Shown piece by piece: positions 6,919-16,183 of a DNA stretch of 64,000 nucleotides. Within the stretch, counting starts at the first letter, position 1. The number at the start of each line of letters is the position of its first letter. A program made the translations under genes and the position numbers. Under the pieces are notes generated by a model. It saw only the letters and a program-made list of their open reading frames with translations, was not told the origin of the DNA and ran no database searches. The stretch covers positions 1-64,000 of IMG/VR virus record IMGVR_UViG_3300023174_005350; one strand, written 5' to 3'. Source of the DNA: a virus.

Positions 6919-6977
6919 ACCCGCTCTGCCTCTATCCCTCGCTTCTGAGTGACATGCCCACTGATGGCGGGTTTTTT
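6919..6977 (+). terminator. terminator-like GC-rich element with unusually large structured loop
   Basis: ACCCGC...GCGGGT closing stem followed by T-tract. Confidence 0.5.
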
Positions 6978-7002
6978 ATTTTTTAAAAACTATTTATATA
7001 TT

Positions 7003-7206
7003 ATGTTCCGTAGAGCATGCTTTGTTAGCTTAGGTGATTTCGTGTATTCAAAAAAGGATACAGATCGAATCTATGGATACGTTACTTGGATAGATGAAAA
7101 TAGTGAAACAGGTGAATTCTACGTAGAAGTTCATCATGATGATGACGCCGATCCTCTTTATTTTTATGACAACGAATTAGTAGTCATGAGAATGGAAAAT
7201 GAGTAA
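7003..7206 (+). CDS. small 'LGDFV' family protein
   Basis: ATG 6 nt after ACTATTTA (6989); SLGDFVY...YGYVT. Confidence 0.55.
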   Translation: MFRRACFVSLGDFVYSKKDTDRIYGYVTWIDENSETGEFYVEVHHDDDADPLYFYDNELVVMRMENE

Positions 7207-7429
7207 AGATCATTTATTATTACACAATATAGGTGATTTAGTTTTAAGTAGAGATAAAAATAATAATATTATATTAGGATATATCACTGGAAAATTCGAT
7301 GGACTTACAACCACTTATTACGAAGTAGAATGGTTGCACGGTGAAGGTTATATGTTTTATGGTTATTATGACATAATAAAGATGAAAGGGGAATTATTAA
7401 AGTTTAAAGAGGAAAAAAAGATTGGATGA
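7199..7429 (+). CDS. small 'IGDLV' family protein
   Basis: HNIGDLVLS...LGYIT...YEVEW. Confidence 0.6.
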   Translation: MSKDHLLLHNIGDLVLSRDKNNNIILGYITGKFDGLTTTYYEVEWLHGEGYMFYGYYDIIKMKGELLKFKEEKKIG

Positions 7430-7655
7430 GCATAGTATTGGAGATTTGGTTTTATCTTATACATATAACGGAAAAGCCGTTCTAGGAGTCATTAGAAATG
7501 AACAAATCTCCCCTATTGACAAGACGCACAATCTTTATGATATATTGTGGTTAGAGAAAGAAGAAGAGATAGTTAGTGGTTATTACACGCATATAACTAT
7601 AACAAATCTTAAAAAGAATTTAGATAGTTATCTTTATGATTATGATAAAAAATAA
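7422..7655 (+). CDS. small 'IGDLV' family protein
   Basis: HSIGDLVLS...LGVIR...YDILW. Confidence 0.6.
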   Translation: MDEHSIGDLVLSYTYNGKAVLGVIRNEQISPIDKTHNLYDILWLEKEEEIVSGYYTHITITNLKKNLDSYLYDYDKK

Positions 7656-7795
7656 ACAAACATTAGAATTGCTATTGTATTCTTTAATAGCATTAAGTCT
7701 CATAACTGCTTCTGTATATCTTGCTTTTACATATCCTAACACGAAACCGGAGCCACGTTATAAAAATACAATACAACGTGATATAAATCCATAAT

Positions 7796-8434
7796 ATGAA
7801 AAAACTTTTACTTGCTATAGTTGTTTTGATGTGTACTGGCGTTGCTCCTGCGCCTATTATGAAGCCACTTGCATGGGAACAACCGGACAAACCGGGGCGG
7901 CAAAAATGGAGTGAACATACATTCCAGAATATATATCGTAATTTCGATAAGCTCGATAAAGCGATAGATATGCAATATTTTTGTCCTGAGTACAACAGGT
8001 TAAACCGTGATGAGCGTGTTAATGCTTGGGCGCAGCTTATAGCTGCAATCGCATGGTATGAGAGCGGTTGGAACCCCCGTGCCCGAGCCGTGCAGCCGTC
8101 TTTCGGCTATGATAAGGTAACGGGTGAAACTGTTGTGGCAGAAGGACTATTCCAATTAGGCTATATGGATTCGCTGTGGCGAGATTATTGCGAGTTCGAT
8201 TGGTATGGGGATAGAAATCTAAATGATGATGACCTAAGCCGTACCATGATTAATCCGCGTAACCAAATACGGTGTACGGTTGGCATCCTAGCAGACCAAG
8301 TGAATCGCCACGGGCGTATAGTGATACCAAATGGGGCATACTGGTCTGTGCTCATGGAAGGGCATCGGAATCAACGTATAGACGGTATACGGCGTATGGT
8401 GATGCGTATAAAGGGTTGTCTTAACGAGGAGTAG
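7796..8434 (+). CDS. secreted SLT-type lytic transglycosylase
   Basis: signal peptide; AIAWYESGWNP catalytic ES motif; GLFQL. Confidence 0.7.
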   Translation: MKKLLLAIVVLMCTGVAPAPIMKPLAWEQPDKPGRQKWSEHTFQNIYRNFDKLDKAIDMQYFCPEYNRLNRDERVNAWAQLIAAIAWYESGWNPRARAVQPSFGYDKVTGETVVAEGLFQLGYMDSLWRDYCEFDWYGDRNLNDDDLSRTMINPRNQIRCTVGILADQVNRHGRIVIPNGAYWSVLMEGHRNQRIDGIRRMVMRIKGCLNEE

Positions 8435-8443
8435 ATAATTTCT

Positions 8444-8466
8444 AGCGCGGCGTTGCCGCGCTTTTT
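8444..8466 (+). terminator. intrinsic terminator
   Basis: AGCGCGGC-GTT-GCCGCGCT followed by T-tract. Confidence 0.85.
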
Positions 8467-8499
8467 ATTTATAGTTAACTGTGTGGTATTATAATTGTT

Positions 8500-8820
8500 A
8501 TGGATAAACTAAAAATATTTCTAGTTGGTTTTGCTTTGGTGAGTAATGGTATTTTTGCATGCTTTTTATCGCGGGCTATACAAAATGGAAGCATGCCTTG
8601 GTGGGCTTCGTATTTAACGAGTTTTATAAGCGCTTCTATATTCGCTTATCAACTTAGGGCAAAGCTGCTGCCTCTAACTCTCATGTCAGTATTCCAAACA
8701 TTTTTCTTTCACGCCGCTTGGTATGCTACCGCCTTTTTTATATTAGGTAACGAATTAAAAGGTATTAAAATTATTGGTTTATTATTTGCATTTGTAGGTA
8801 TGATTATGATGAGTTTATAA
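8500..8820 (+). CDS. 4-TM membrane protein (DMT/SMR-like)
   Basis: four hydrophobic segments; GNELKGIKIIGLLFAFVG ending. Confidence 0.55.
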   Translation: MDKLKIFLVGFALVSNGIFACFLSRAIQNGSMPWWASYLTSFISASIFAYQLRAKLLPLTLMSVFQTFFFHAAWYATAFFILGNELKGIKIIGLLFAFVGMIMMSL

Positions 8821-8830
8821 GGAGATATAC

Positions 8831-9082
8831 ATGAATAAGTTAACACAAGCACAAGTCGAGAACGCAAAAAATTTATCTTGCGAAGTATGTAGTTGTGAAG
8901 TCATGAAACAAGGTTTTGTTATTAAAACTGTCTCTGGTCTTTTGACTGGTGATTCTAAGGATACATTTGTTCCTGTCCCGGTATTTGCATGCATGAGTTG
9001 CAATCATGTAAATAAATTATTTTCTGAAGAATTAAAAATATCCAATCGAACGTCAAAATCCATTGAGCATGTTCAAGTATAA
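8831..9082 (+). CDS. zinc-ribbon protein
   Basis: CEVC...CMSCNH; GGAG SD. Confidence 0.65.
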   Translation: MNKLTQAQVENAKNLSCEVCSCEVMKQGFVIKTVSGLLTGDSKDTFVPVPVFACMSCNHVNKLFSEELKISNRTSKSIEHVQV

Positions 9083-9117
9083 TTAATTAAGCGAGTATTG
9101 ACGCAGAGGAAAGGCCG

Positions 9118-9678
9118 ATGTATGATGAAGAACCTTCTTATGAGGTTTTAAATAACATGAAAGTACTTACTCTGGCTTCCAACTATGAACCGCTTGGTGT
9201 TGTTTCTTGGGAGCGTGCCATATCTTTAATTTTTTCCAATAAAGTCACCACTTTAGAAGAATACGATAATATTGTTCGCTCCCCTTCTCTCACCATGAAA
9301 ATACCAGCAGTTATTGTATTTAAAAACAATAAACGTGGTAAACAGAAAAATTCTGTACGATTTTCTAGAAAAAATGTATGGGTTCGTGATGAAGGAAGGT
9401 GTCAATATTGTCAAAAATACGTTTCAATATCAACATTTACAATTGATCACGTTAATCCTAAAACAGCTGGTGGAAAGACTGTTTGGGAAAATGTTGTTAC
9501 CTGTTGTTATGATTGTAATCAAGAAAAAGGCGATAAACAATTAAAAGATGTAAATTTTAAACTAATTAAGCTACCGAAGAAACCAAATAGACTTCCATAT
9601 ATTCAAGAAATTTCTGATGGTTATTATAATTTAGAAAAAAACATACCTCAATCTTGGAAATTCTATTTAGAAAGATAA
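9118..9678 (+). CDS. HNH endonuclease (McrA-like)
   Basis: RD.GRCQYC, TIDHVNP..GG...WENVVTCC..CN..KG. Confidence 0.85.
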   Translation: MYDEEPSYEVLNNMKVLTLASNYEPLGVVSWERAISLIFSNKVTTLEEYDNIVRSPSLTMKIPAVIVFKNNKRGKQKNSVRFSRKNVWVRDEGRCQYCQKYVSISTFTIDHVNPKTAGGKTVWENVVTCCYDCNQEKGDKQLKDVNFKLIKLPKKPNRLPYIQEISDGYYNLEKNIPQSWKFYLER

Positions 9679-9681
9679 ATA

Positions 9682-10293
9682 ATGTATATAACTGCTATCG
9701 ATACGGAAACTACTGGACTAGATCTCCGCAGGCATCAAATTATTCAACTAGGAGTAATTAAATATAAATTAGAAGATTGTGGTGATTTGAGAGTGTTAGA
9801 AAAATATCAACACAACATTAGGCCAACTAATATTAAAGCCGCCTCAGAAGAAGCATTAAGAATTAATGGATATAATGAAGAAGCTTGGAGAGATTCTGTT
9901 CCTTTTATCGATTGTTTTCCATTATTAGATAATGTATTTCAAACTTCTGAAGCGTTGATTGGTCAAAATCTTATTTTTGATTTACGTTTTCTTAAAAAAG
10001 AATATTGGCGTTATGGTCTTATTATGCCAAAAGTTCCAAAATATATTGATACAAAATATATGGGACAGCAACTGGTAAATGAAGGAAAAATTAAATCATG
10101 CTCTATGGACAGCATGTGTAAGCATTTTAGTATTAAATTTAAAGGTAGAGCGCATACAGCATTGACCGATTGCGAACGTACTGTTACAGTGTGGGAGCGA
10201 TTGACTAAATACACAGAAACAAAATATTTTACTTTTGAGGAGCCATACGATGCATTCAAAAAGAACCATTCAAATGCCGGAAACGTTATCTAG
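9682..10293 (+). CDS. DEDDh 3'-5' exonuclease (DnaQ-like)
   Basis: IDTETTGL, QNLIFDLRF, HTALTD. Confidence 0.9.
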   Translation: MYITAIDTETTGLDLRRHQIIQLGVIKYKLEDCGDLRVLEKYQHNIRPTNIKAASEEALRINGYNEEAWRDSVPFIDCFPLLDNVFQTSEALIGQNLIFDLRFLKKEYWRYGLIMPKVPKYIDTKYMGQQLVNEGKIKSCSMDSMCKHFSIKFKGRAHTALTDCERTVTVWERLTKYTETKYFTFEEPYDAFKKNHSNAGNVI

Positions 10294-10450
10294 TAAAGAT
10301 ATAGTAAGCATAGTCCATGTCTTTAAATCTATGTCTGGCGCTGCTAGACATGATTTTTTGTCTTCTCTTATGTTAGAGCATCCTAATCATTATAAAAAAA
10401 TTAGTAAAGCTTTGGGAAAAGAATATAAAAATTCAATTGGGCTAGCATAG
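10274..10450 (+). CDS. hypothetical protein
   Basis: ORF overlapping the exonuclease stop; probable start MPETL. Confidence 0.45.
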   Translation: MPETLSSKDIVSIVHVFKSMSGAARHDFLSSLMLEHPNHYKKISKALGKEYKNSIGLA

Positions 10451-10511
10451 AGAAATGAAAATTATGTAACTAAATATATAGTGAGGGAAAAATCCCTCGG
10501 GAGGGTTACAT

Positions 10512-10670
10512 ATGTTTATGCCAGCAATAATTAAACAACACGAGAAACAAGCTGAAAAACGTTTAGAAATACCCGACTACACACAACAATATTACGAATA
10601 TTTAGAAAAAAAGAAAGAAAAAGAAGAAAATAATAAACCAGAAACCGTAATTCACATCCAAATATACTAA
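10512..10670 (+). CDS. hypothetical protein (52 aa, absent from ORF track)
   Basis: GGAGG SD; MFMPAIIKQHEKQ...VIHIQIY. Confidence 0.6.
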   Translation: MFMPAIIKQHEKQAEKRLEIPDYTQQYYEYLEKKKEKEENNKPETVIHIQIY

Positions 10671-10696
10671 TTATTTAGAATTTTTAAGCTTAAGAG

Positions 10697-10732
10697 AACT
10701 ACTTATGTCATAGCGCATAAGTAGTTTTTTTT
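10697..10732 (+). terminator. terminator hairpin containing the late-promoter motif
   Basis: AACTACTTATG-8nt-CATAAGTAGTT perfect 11-bp inverted repeat plus T-tract. Confidence 0.65.
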
Positions 10733-10739
10733 ATTTCCA

Positions 10740-12014
10740 ATGAACCAACTTTTACTAGAAAATGTAAGTCACGAAGATCTAAAGAAATATCTTTTAGAGT
10801 TTTATAGCTATGCCTTAACAAAATTAAATATTAATAGACCACCAAAATTATTTTTTCAAAGAAATAAAATAAACGCAGATAACTTATTTGGAAAAACGGG
10901 TTATTATGATCCAGAAAAAGAGGAAATACATTTATTTATAACAGATCGACATGCAAAAGATATTATTAGATCTTTTGCACATGAATTAATTCATCATATG
11001 CAAAAATTAAAGGGCTTCGATCAAGAAATAGATTTATCTAAAACTAGCAGCGATCCTGCCTATGCTACAAATGATCCAGTATTAAGAAAAATGGAAAAAG
11101 AAGCATTTTTAGAGGGTAATATGTTGTTTCGTGACTGGACTGATATGAAAAAATTGGAGATGAAAAAAATGTTAAATGAAAAAAAAGAATCTACGTTTAA
11201 AGAAAAAGAAGCTGCTATTAAAAAAAGTTTAATAGATCAAGGAAAAACCGCTAAACAAGCTAAAAAAATAGCTCCTAAAATTGCAGGTGCAGAAGCTGCT
11301 GGTAGAACTTACCAAGGTCCGGGTAAACCCATGAAAGAAGTATCATACGAAAAATCTGGTCTTAATAATCCTACTAAGGCAGATCTTGATAAAAACCAAG
11401 ATATTAGCGGTTATGAAAAAGCTCGCGGTAAAGCTATAGAAAAATCTATGAAAGAGGAAAATAATATGAAAGTAAAAGTAAACGAAGTAGAAAAAGAAGA
11501 CACAGAAGAATTGTCCGGTACACCAGAAGATGTTGCTGGCTTAAAGGCAGGTTCTCGTAATCTAGGTGACGAACCAGAAGGCGTTGAACCAGAAGAAGAA
11601 ATGGAATTAGATGTATCTGATGAAGAAGAAAAATTAGGTGGTGGTTTGCCAATGAAGTCGGCAGAACAAATGGCATTTGAAAAAAGATTTGGTGATATGG
11701 ATCCAGAAATGCAAGGAAGATTTTTAGCTCGCTTAGCTCAACAGGCTAAAGATAAAAAAGCTGCAAAAATAGCTTTAAGTGCAGAATTAAATAGAGAAGA
11801 AAGAGCCGCACAAAAAGAAAAAGAAAGGGCTGGCTTTGCTAGTCTTCCCGGCGCTAAACCACCAATGGAAGAAGCATCGGCAACTTTAGCAGAAACAAAA
11901 CAAAATCCATATCCTGTTTTATTTGAAAAAAAGGATCGTTTATTAAAAGAAACATTTAACACAAGAGAAGAAAGAATTTATAACGAATTAGTTAAACGTT
12001 TTCTTAAAAAATAA
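10740..12014 (+). CDS. putative virion protein with N-terminal HExxH metallopeptidase-like domain
   Basis: IIRSFAHELIHHMQ..E.EA; charged C-terminal region with LxE motifs. Confidence 0.6.
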   Translation: MNQLLLENVSHEDLKKYLLEFYSYALTKLNINRPPKLFFQRNKINADNLFGKTGYYDPEKEEIHLFITDRHAKDIIRSFAHELIHHMQKLKGFDQEIDLSKTSSDPAYATNDPVLRKMEKEAFLEGNMLFRDWTDMKKLEMKKMLNEKKESTFKEKEAAIKKSLIDQGKTAKQAKKIAPKIAGAEAAGRTYQGPGKPMKEVSYEKSGLNNPTKADLDKNQDISGYEKARGKAIEKSMKEENNMKVKVNEVEKEDTEELSGTPEDVAGLKAGSRNLGDEPEGVEPEEEMELDVSDEEEKLGGGLPMKSAEQMAFEKRFGDMDPEMQGRFLARLAQQAKDKKAAKIALSAELNREERAAQKEKERAGFASLPGAKPPMEEASATLAETKQNPYPVLFEKKDRLLKETFNTREERIYNELVKRFLKK

Positions 12015-12286
12015 TGTCTAGAAGCTTCATAATACCTTATGATTTGTCAAGAGTAAGTGCCAGCGTTGCTAGCGCAACTAGTTACGTTGGCACGGCTCAA
12101 GATATAACAGGAGGTGTTTATTTATCTACTGTAGTTTTTGATTCTACGTCTTCTTATTTAGCAACTATACCACAAACAACCGCTACCGGTACTTATTACT
12201 ATCCAATAGTTGAGCAGCAAAATGCTGTTATAACAATTAAAAATAGTTTTTTACCTTATACATTAACGATTGGGAAAAAAGATTAA
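12014..12286 (+). CDS. hypothetical Ser/Thr-rich protein
   Basis: translationally coupled ORF. Confidence 0.55.
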   Translation: MSRSFIIPYDLSRVSASVASATSYVGTAQDITGGVYLSTVVFDSTSSYLATIPQTTATGTYYYPIVEQQNAVITIKNSFLPYTLTIGKKD

Positions 12287-12290
12287 TAAC

Positions 12291-13778
12291 ATGAAAGAAT
12301 TATTATTTGAAAAAACAATAAATACTCTGCATGAAAATGGAAAATTAACTTTTAAGCAATTAAAAGAAATGATTTCAACTTGCTCATCTTTTGTTTTGGA
12401 AAATAAAAATATAGATAAAAAGAAGCAAGTTTTATTATCTTATTCATGTAATGAAGGAAAAGTAATCGTTGCAGATAATAAAACTGATATTAAAGAGGGT
12501 GGAAAAAAAATAAATGAATATGTAAAGACCTGTGAAGATATGAAGGAAGAGGTCATGTATTCATTAACTAATTTAGAAAATAATATTAATAGCATGAACC
12601 ATGCTGATCAAGAGGAAATTTTCGGTCCAGCAGCTTCGATATATTATAAAATTAATATTTTAAAAAACCCAGAAGATGCTTTAAATTATAATACAAAAGA
12701 TGTAAATATTTTTCCAGAAGGTCATGGAGAATATAATAATGAAGGAAAATTATTAATTAATGAAGTAACCAATCAATACAATAAATTTAATTCTTTATTA
12801 ACTGAATGGCAGGCAAAAAATTTACAAGAAAAGTATAGTTCTGAATGTAACGCTATTGGAAAATTAAAAGAATTACATAATAAACAATATGTAAATTTAG
12901 CTAATAGCAAAATGAATAATTGTCTTTCATCTGTAAATTCATATATAAAAAATGATCGTTTTGCTTTAAACGATAATTCATCTATTAATGATTATATGTT
13001 GTCACGTATTTATATATTGCTAAACACTATTCTAGATCGATCAAAGACTGGCGAATATGGTGCTATAGCAAAGATGAATATGGCTAAACGCATTCTTGGA
13101 ATTGGTGGAATAAGTTATCAAGATATTAATAAAGTATTAGAACCAGAACAAATTTCTTATATTAAAGAAAATATATTAAATAATCAAAGCAAAAACCAAC
13201 TTCTTGAAACAGCGATTAGGCCAATAGAACAAGTAATAGTAGAATATTCAAGTAATATTTTAAAATCAACACAGTCTCTTTTATCTCTTAATGAAGATGC
13301 TTCTTCTAGAAGAGCTTATAAGCAAATTAATAATACTTTAAAATTTATAAATATGAGTAGCGGTTTAAGAACATTAAAAAATGAATTAAAAAATTTAAGA
13401 CATGTAGATAGAAATATAAATAATTATAACAAATCTTTTATTTATGAAGGTCAAATATACAAACCAAATTATTCTTATAAGCCAATAAACGAATTATTAA
13501 AATTATTTAAACCTTTAAATGAACAAGTTATACAAACAAAAATTGTAAATGAAAATAATATTTATGATATAATTAATGAAACAATAAAAAAACGTGGTAA
13601 TAAATATTGTTTAATTTCTAAACAAAATAAACGTAATTTGGGTTGTTATAACACAAAAGCTGGTGCGGAAAAAATAGAAAAACAAGTACAATATTTTAAA
13701 AATGTAAAAGAAGAAACTTCTATGTCGGGTGGTAGTGTTGCTATTGGTGCTGTTCCGAAAGAACAAACGGAGTCATAA
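12291..13778 (+). CDS. hypothetical (probable head-associated) protein
   Basis: long ORF with many (L/I)xE motifs. Confidence 0.6.
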   Translation: MKELLFEKTINTLHENGKLTFKQLKEMISTCSSFVLENKNIDKKKQVLLSYSCNEGKVIVADNKTDIKEGGKKINEYVKTCEDMKEEVMYSLTNLENNINSMNHADQEEIFGPAASIYYKINILKNPEDALNYNTKDVNIFPEGHGEYNNEGKLLINEVTNQYNKFNSLLTEWQAKNLQEKYSSECNAIGKLKELHNKQYVNLANSKMNNCLSSVNSYIKNDRFALNDNSSINDYMLSRIYILLNTILDRSKTGEYGAIAKMNMAKRILGIGGISYQDINKVLEPEQISYIKENILNNQSKNQLLETAIRPIEQVIVEYSSNILKSTQSLLSLNEDASSRRAYKQINNTLKFINMSSGLRTLKNELKNLRHVDRNINNYNKSFIYEGQIYKPNYSYKPINELLKLFKPLNEQVIQTKIVNENNIYDIINETIKKRGNKYCLISKQNKRNLGCYNTKAGAEKIEKQVQYFKNVKEETSMSGGSVAIGAVPKEQTES

Positions 13779-13781
13779 TTT

Positions 13782-14588
13782 ATGGATCAAATTAATGAAT
13801 TAAGAAGTTATATAAGAAGCGTATTGTTAAAGATACGCAATGAACAAAAACAAAATTTAAAACAAGAACTCCGTGAAGAACGCGCCTTGAGAAAATTAGT
13901 TCGTAAGATGCTATTTGAAGTAAAAGAAACATCTCCACATGAATTAACAGGAATTAACGTTTTAGAAAAACTTCTTGGAAATATCATGCCTGTAATTGAA
14001 ACAGGATATAAAAGCTTAACCACTGATCCACAGCAACGCAAGTCATACGGAGCGCACATTCTAAGAGCCGTACAGAATCTTCTAACTATTCCATCAATGT
14101 ATTTCAGTCTAGATAAAAAAACAGATATGAAGACTGGTGCTGGTGATGAAGAACAAAGCTTGGAAGAGAAAGAAGATGTTAAAGTAAAAATAGGTAAAAA
14201 CGTTCCAGATGAAGAAAAGTTTATTGATATAAATAAACAAAATAAAGAAGATACAGAACAAACTAACAAAGATCCCATGTTAGCCTTTCAAGAAATTAAA
14301 GGTGAAGATCATACTGGAAGGTCTTTCGCATTAGAAACTTTTAAAAAGGTACAAAAACAAATTCTTGAATCTTACTCAACTCTTTCTAACGAAACAGACA
14401 GAGAAGTTTTTGAAGAATATTTATTAACAAATATTAAGTTGTATCTAAAGAACTTTGAAGAAGAACTTTCCGATACTCCACCAGTTCCAACAACTCCATC
14501 TTATGAAGCTGCCGCATCAAAGGTTGATGCCGGTACGGTAGGAAGTGAAGCGCCGCCAGCGGAAGAGCCACCACCAGTAGAGGCTTAA
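13782..14588 (+). CDS. hypothetical (probable head-associated) protein
   Basis: LRSYIRSVL / LRKLVRKMLFE helices resemble the IRE motif. Confidence 0.6.
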   Translation: MDQINELRSYIRSVLLKIRNEQKQNLKQELREERALRKLVRKMLFEVKETSPHELTGINVLEKLLGNIMPVIETGYKSLTTDPQQRKSYGAHILRAVQNLLTIPSMYFSLDKKTDMKTGAGDEEQSLEEKEDVKVKIGKNVPDEEKFIDINKQNKEDTEQTNKDPMLAFQEIKGEDHTGRSFALETFKKVQKQILESYSTLSNETDREVFEEYLLTNIKLYLKNFEEELSDTPPVPTTPSYEAAASKVDAGTVGSEAPPAEEPPPVEA

Positions 14589-14675
14589 TAAGAAATAGGA
14601 TAATGTTGACGGCCAGCATTCAAACAGCATAAGACGCAAAAATTTGTTTGTTAACCCATCAAAAAAGGAAAATTT

Positions 14676-14948
14676 ATGAATCCAGCAAAACGTAAAAAGC
14701 TTTTAAGATTTAAATTAGATCAAGAAAAATTAGCTAAAAAAATAGAAGTAAAACCAGCTGAAGTATTAGTACAAGAAACTGTATTAGTAATTAAAGAAGA
14801 AATAAAAGAAGAAATCAGCGTTACTCAGGAACAACAAACTACTTTGGAAGTTTCAAATGTAGAGTTAGCTTTAAAACCAATTGAAACTGTAGAAGTTAGT
14901 GAGACTAAGAAAGAAAAGAAAAAGAAATGGTCTTCACAAGATGCATAG
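14676..14948 (+). CDS. hypothetical K/E-rich protein
   Basis: AAGGA SD; 90-aa ORF. Confidence 0.55.
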   Translation: MNPAKRKKLLRFKLDQEKLAKKIEVKPAEVLVQETVLVIKEEIKEEISVTQEQQTTLEVSNVELALKPIETVEVSETKKEKKKKWSSQDA

Positions 14949-14966
14949 TTGTGTTATAGTAGGATA

Positions 14967-15260
14967 ATGATAACTAAAACATATAAACAAATTGGTGAAG
15001 AAATTGGTAGTTTAGTAGATGAAAAAAATGCAGCATATGGTAGTTCATTTGCTGAGTCTTATAAAATTTTGAGCGTCCTGTATCCTAATGGAATTAATCC
15101 AGAGCAATATACGGACGCTCTTGCTATTATAAGAGTAATAGATAAATTATTTAGAATAGCTAATAAAAAAGATGCTTTTGGTGAATCACCTTGGAATGAT
15201 ATTGCCGGATATGCAATATTAGGGGTCGCTAATGACAGTTCTAAAAACTCATCTAAGTAA
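14967..15260 (+). CDS. Nmad1/DUF1599-like nucleotide-modification-associated protein
   Basis: KNAAYGSSF...DKLFRI...ES.WNDIAGYAILG; TG-TATAGT 6 nt before ATG 14967. Confidence 0.6.
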   Translation: MITKTYKQIGEEIGSLVDEKNAAYGSSFAESYKILSVLYPNGINPEQYTDALAIIRVIDKLFRIANKKDAFGESPWNDIAGYAILGVANDSSKNSSK

Positions 15261-15633
15261 AATAAAACAATATAAAGATAATACATGTAAAGATTATTCT
15301 ATCTCTAAATTATTAAGAGAGCAAAAAAAAAGTAATGATCTTTTTGAAACAATGCTTTGTAATATAAGTCTTGAAGATATAATAGCATTAAGACTAGAGT
15401 TGGCTTATAAATCAATTGGCGTAAGATTATATGGCTTTCCAATATGGAGAAGCACTAATTATATTGTTCAAGAAGCTTTATTAAAGTATGCAGTATCTAT
15501 AAGTACTTCTAAAGGTGAAGCGGCTAGATATCTTGGATTAAATGTTGATAAATTTATTAAATTTCTAAAAAAATATAAAATAGATACTTATTTTAAGAGG
15601 AAAGTAAATGCTGATCACCGAAACACAACTTAA
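15232..15633 (+). CDS. protein with C-terminal Fis-type HTH
   Basis: LKYAV...SKGEAARYLGL...LKKYKI. Confidence 0.55.
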   Translation: MTVLKTHLSKIKQYKDNTCKDYSISKLLREQKKSNDLFETMLCNISLEDIIALRLELAYKSIGVRLYGFPIWRSTNYIVQEALLKYAVSISTSKGEAARYLGLNVDKFIKFLKKYKIDTYFKRKVNADHRNTT

Positions 15634-16183
15634 AAAGATTTATCCTAATATAAAAAAAGATAAACTAGAATTATATGTTAAAGCTTTTAATAATGTTTTT
15701 CCTTCCTATGGCATCAATACCTCTAGACGGATTGCTGCTTTTCTTGGACAAGTTGGGGTCGAAAGCGGAGAACTCAAATACGACAAAGAACTAGCATCAA
15801 AATATAATAAAAAAGATCCTAGTAATCGATTTGAATCCGTTGGAACTTTATACGAAGGAAGAAAGAATTTAGGTAATACACAAGTTGGTGACGGTCCTAA
15901 ATTTATTGGTCGTGGCATTCTCCAATTAACTGGAAGAGCTAACTATGAAAGCATGTCTAAAATACTAGGAATTGATTTAGTTAATAATCCTGAATTAGCA
16001 TGTGATCCAGAAATAAGTACTAAAATTGCTTGTGAATATTTTAAAAAACGTGGATTATTAGAATTAGCTGACGAATGGAATCTTGATGAAATTACTCGTA
16101 GAGTTAATGGTAATGCAAAATTACATCACGATATAAGAGTTAAATATAGTGAGGCTGCTTTGAAAGTTTTAGATATTAAATAG
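15608..16183 (+). CDS. GH19 (chitinase-like) endolysin
   Basis: AAFLGQ..ESG, GRKNLGN..GDG.KF.GRG.LQLTGR.NY, TRRVNG. Confidence 0.9.
   Translation: MLITETQLKKIYPNIKKDKLELYVKAFNNVFPSYGINTSRRIAAFLGQVGVESGELKYDKELASKYNKKDPSNRFESVGTLYEGRKNLGNTQVGDGPKFIGRGILQLTGRANYESMSKILGIDLVNNPELACDPEISTKIACEYFKKRGLLELADEWNLDEITRRVNGNAKLHHDIRVKYSEAALKVLDIK

Noticed and set aside
6919-6977. Hammerhead or HDV-like ribozyme
   Set aside because: CTGATGG and CTGAGTGA only partly resemble the hammerhead core; there is no GAAA partner and no convincing nested pseudoknot.
14600-14670. Possible structured RNA between ORFs 13782 and 14676
   Set aside because: Only short imperfect pairings and no recognisable motif.
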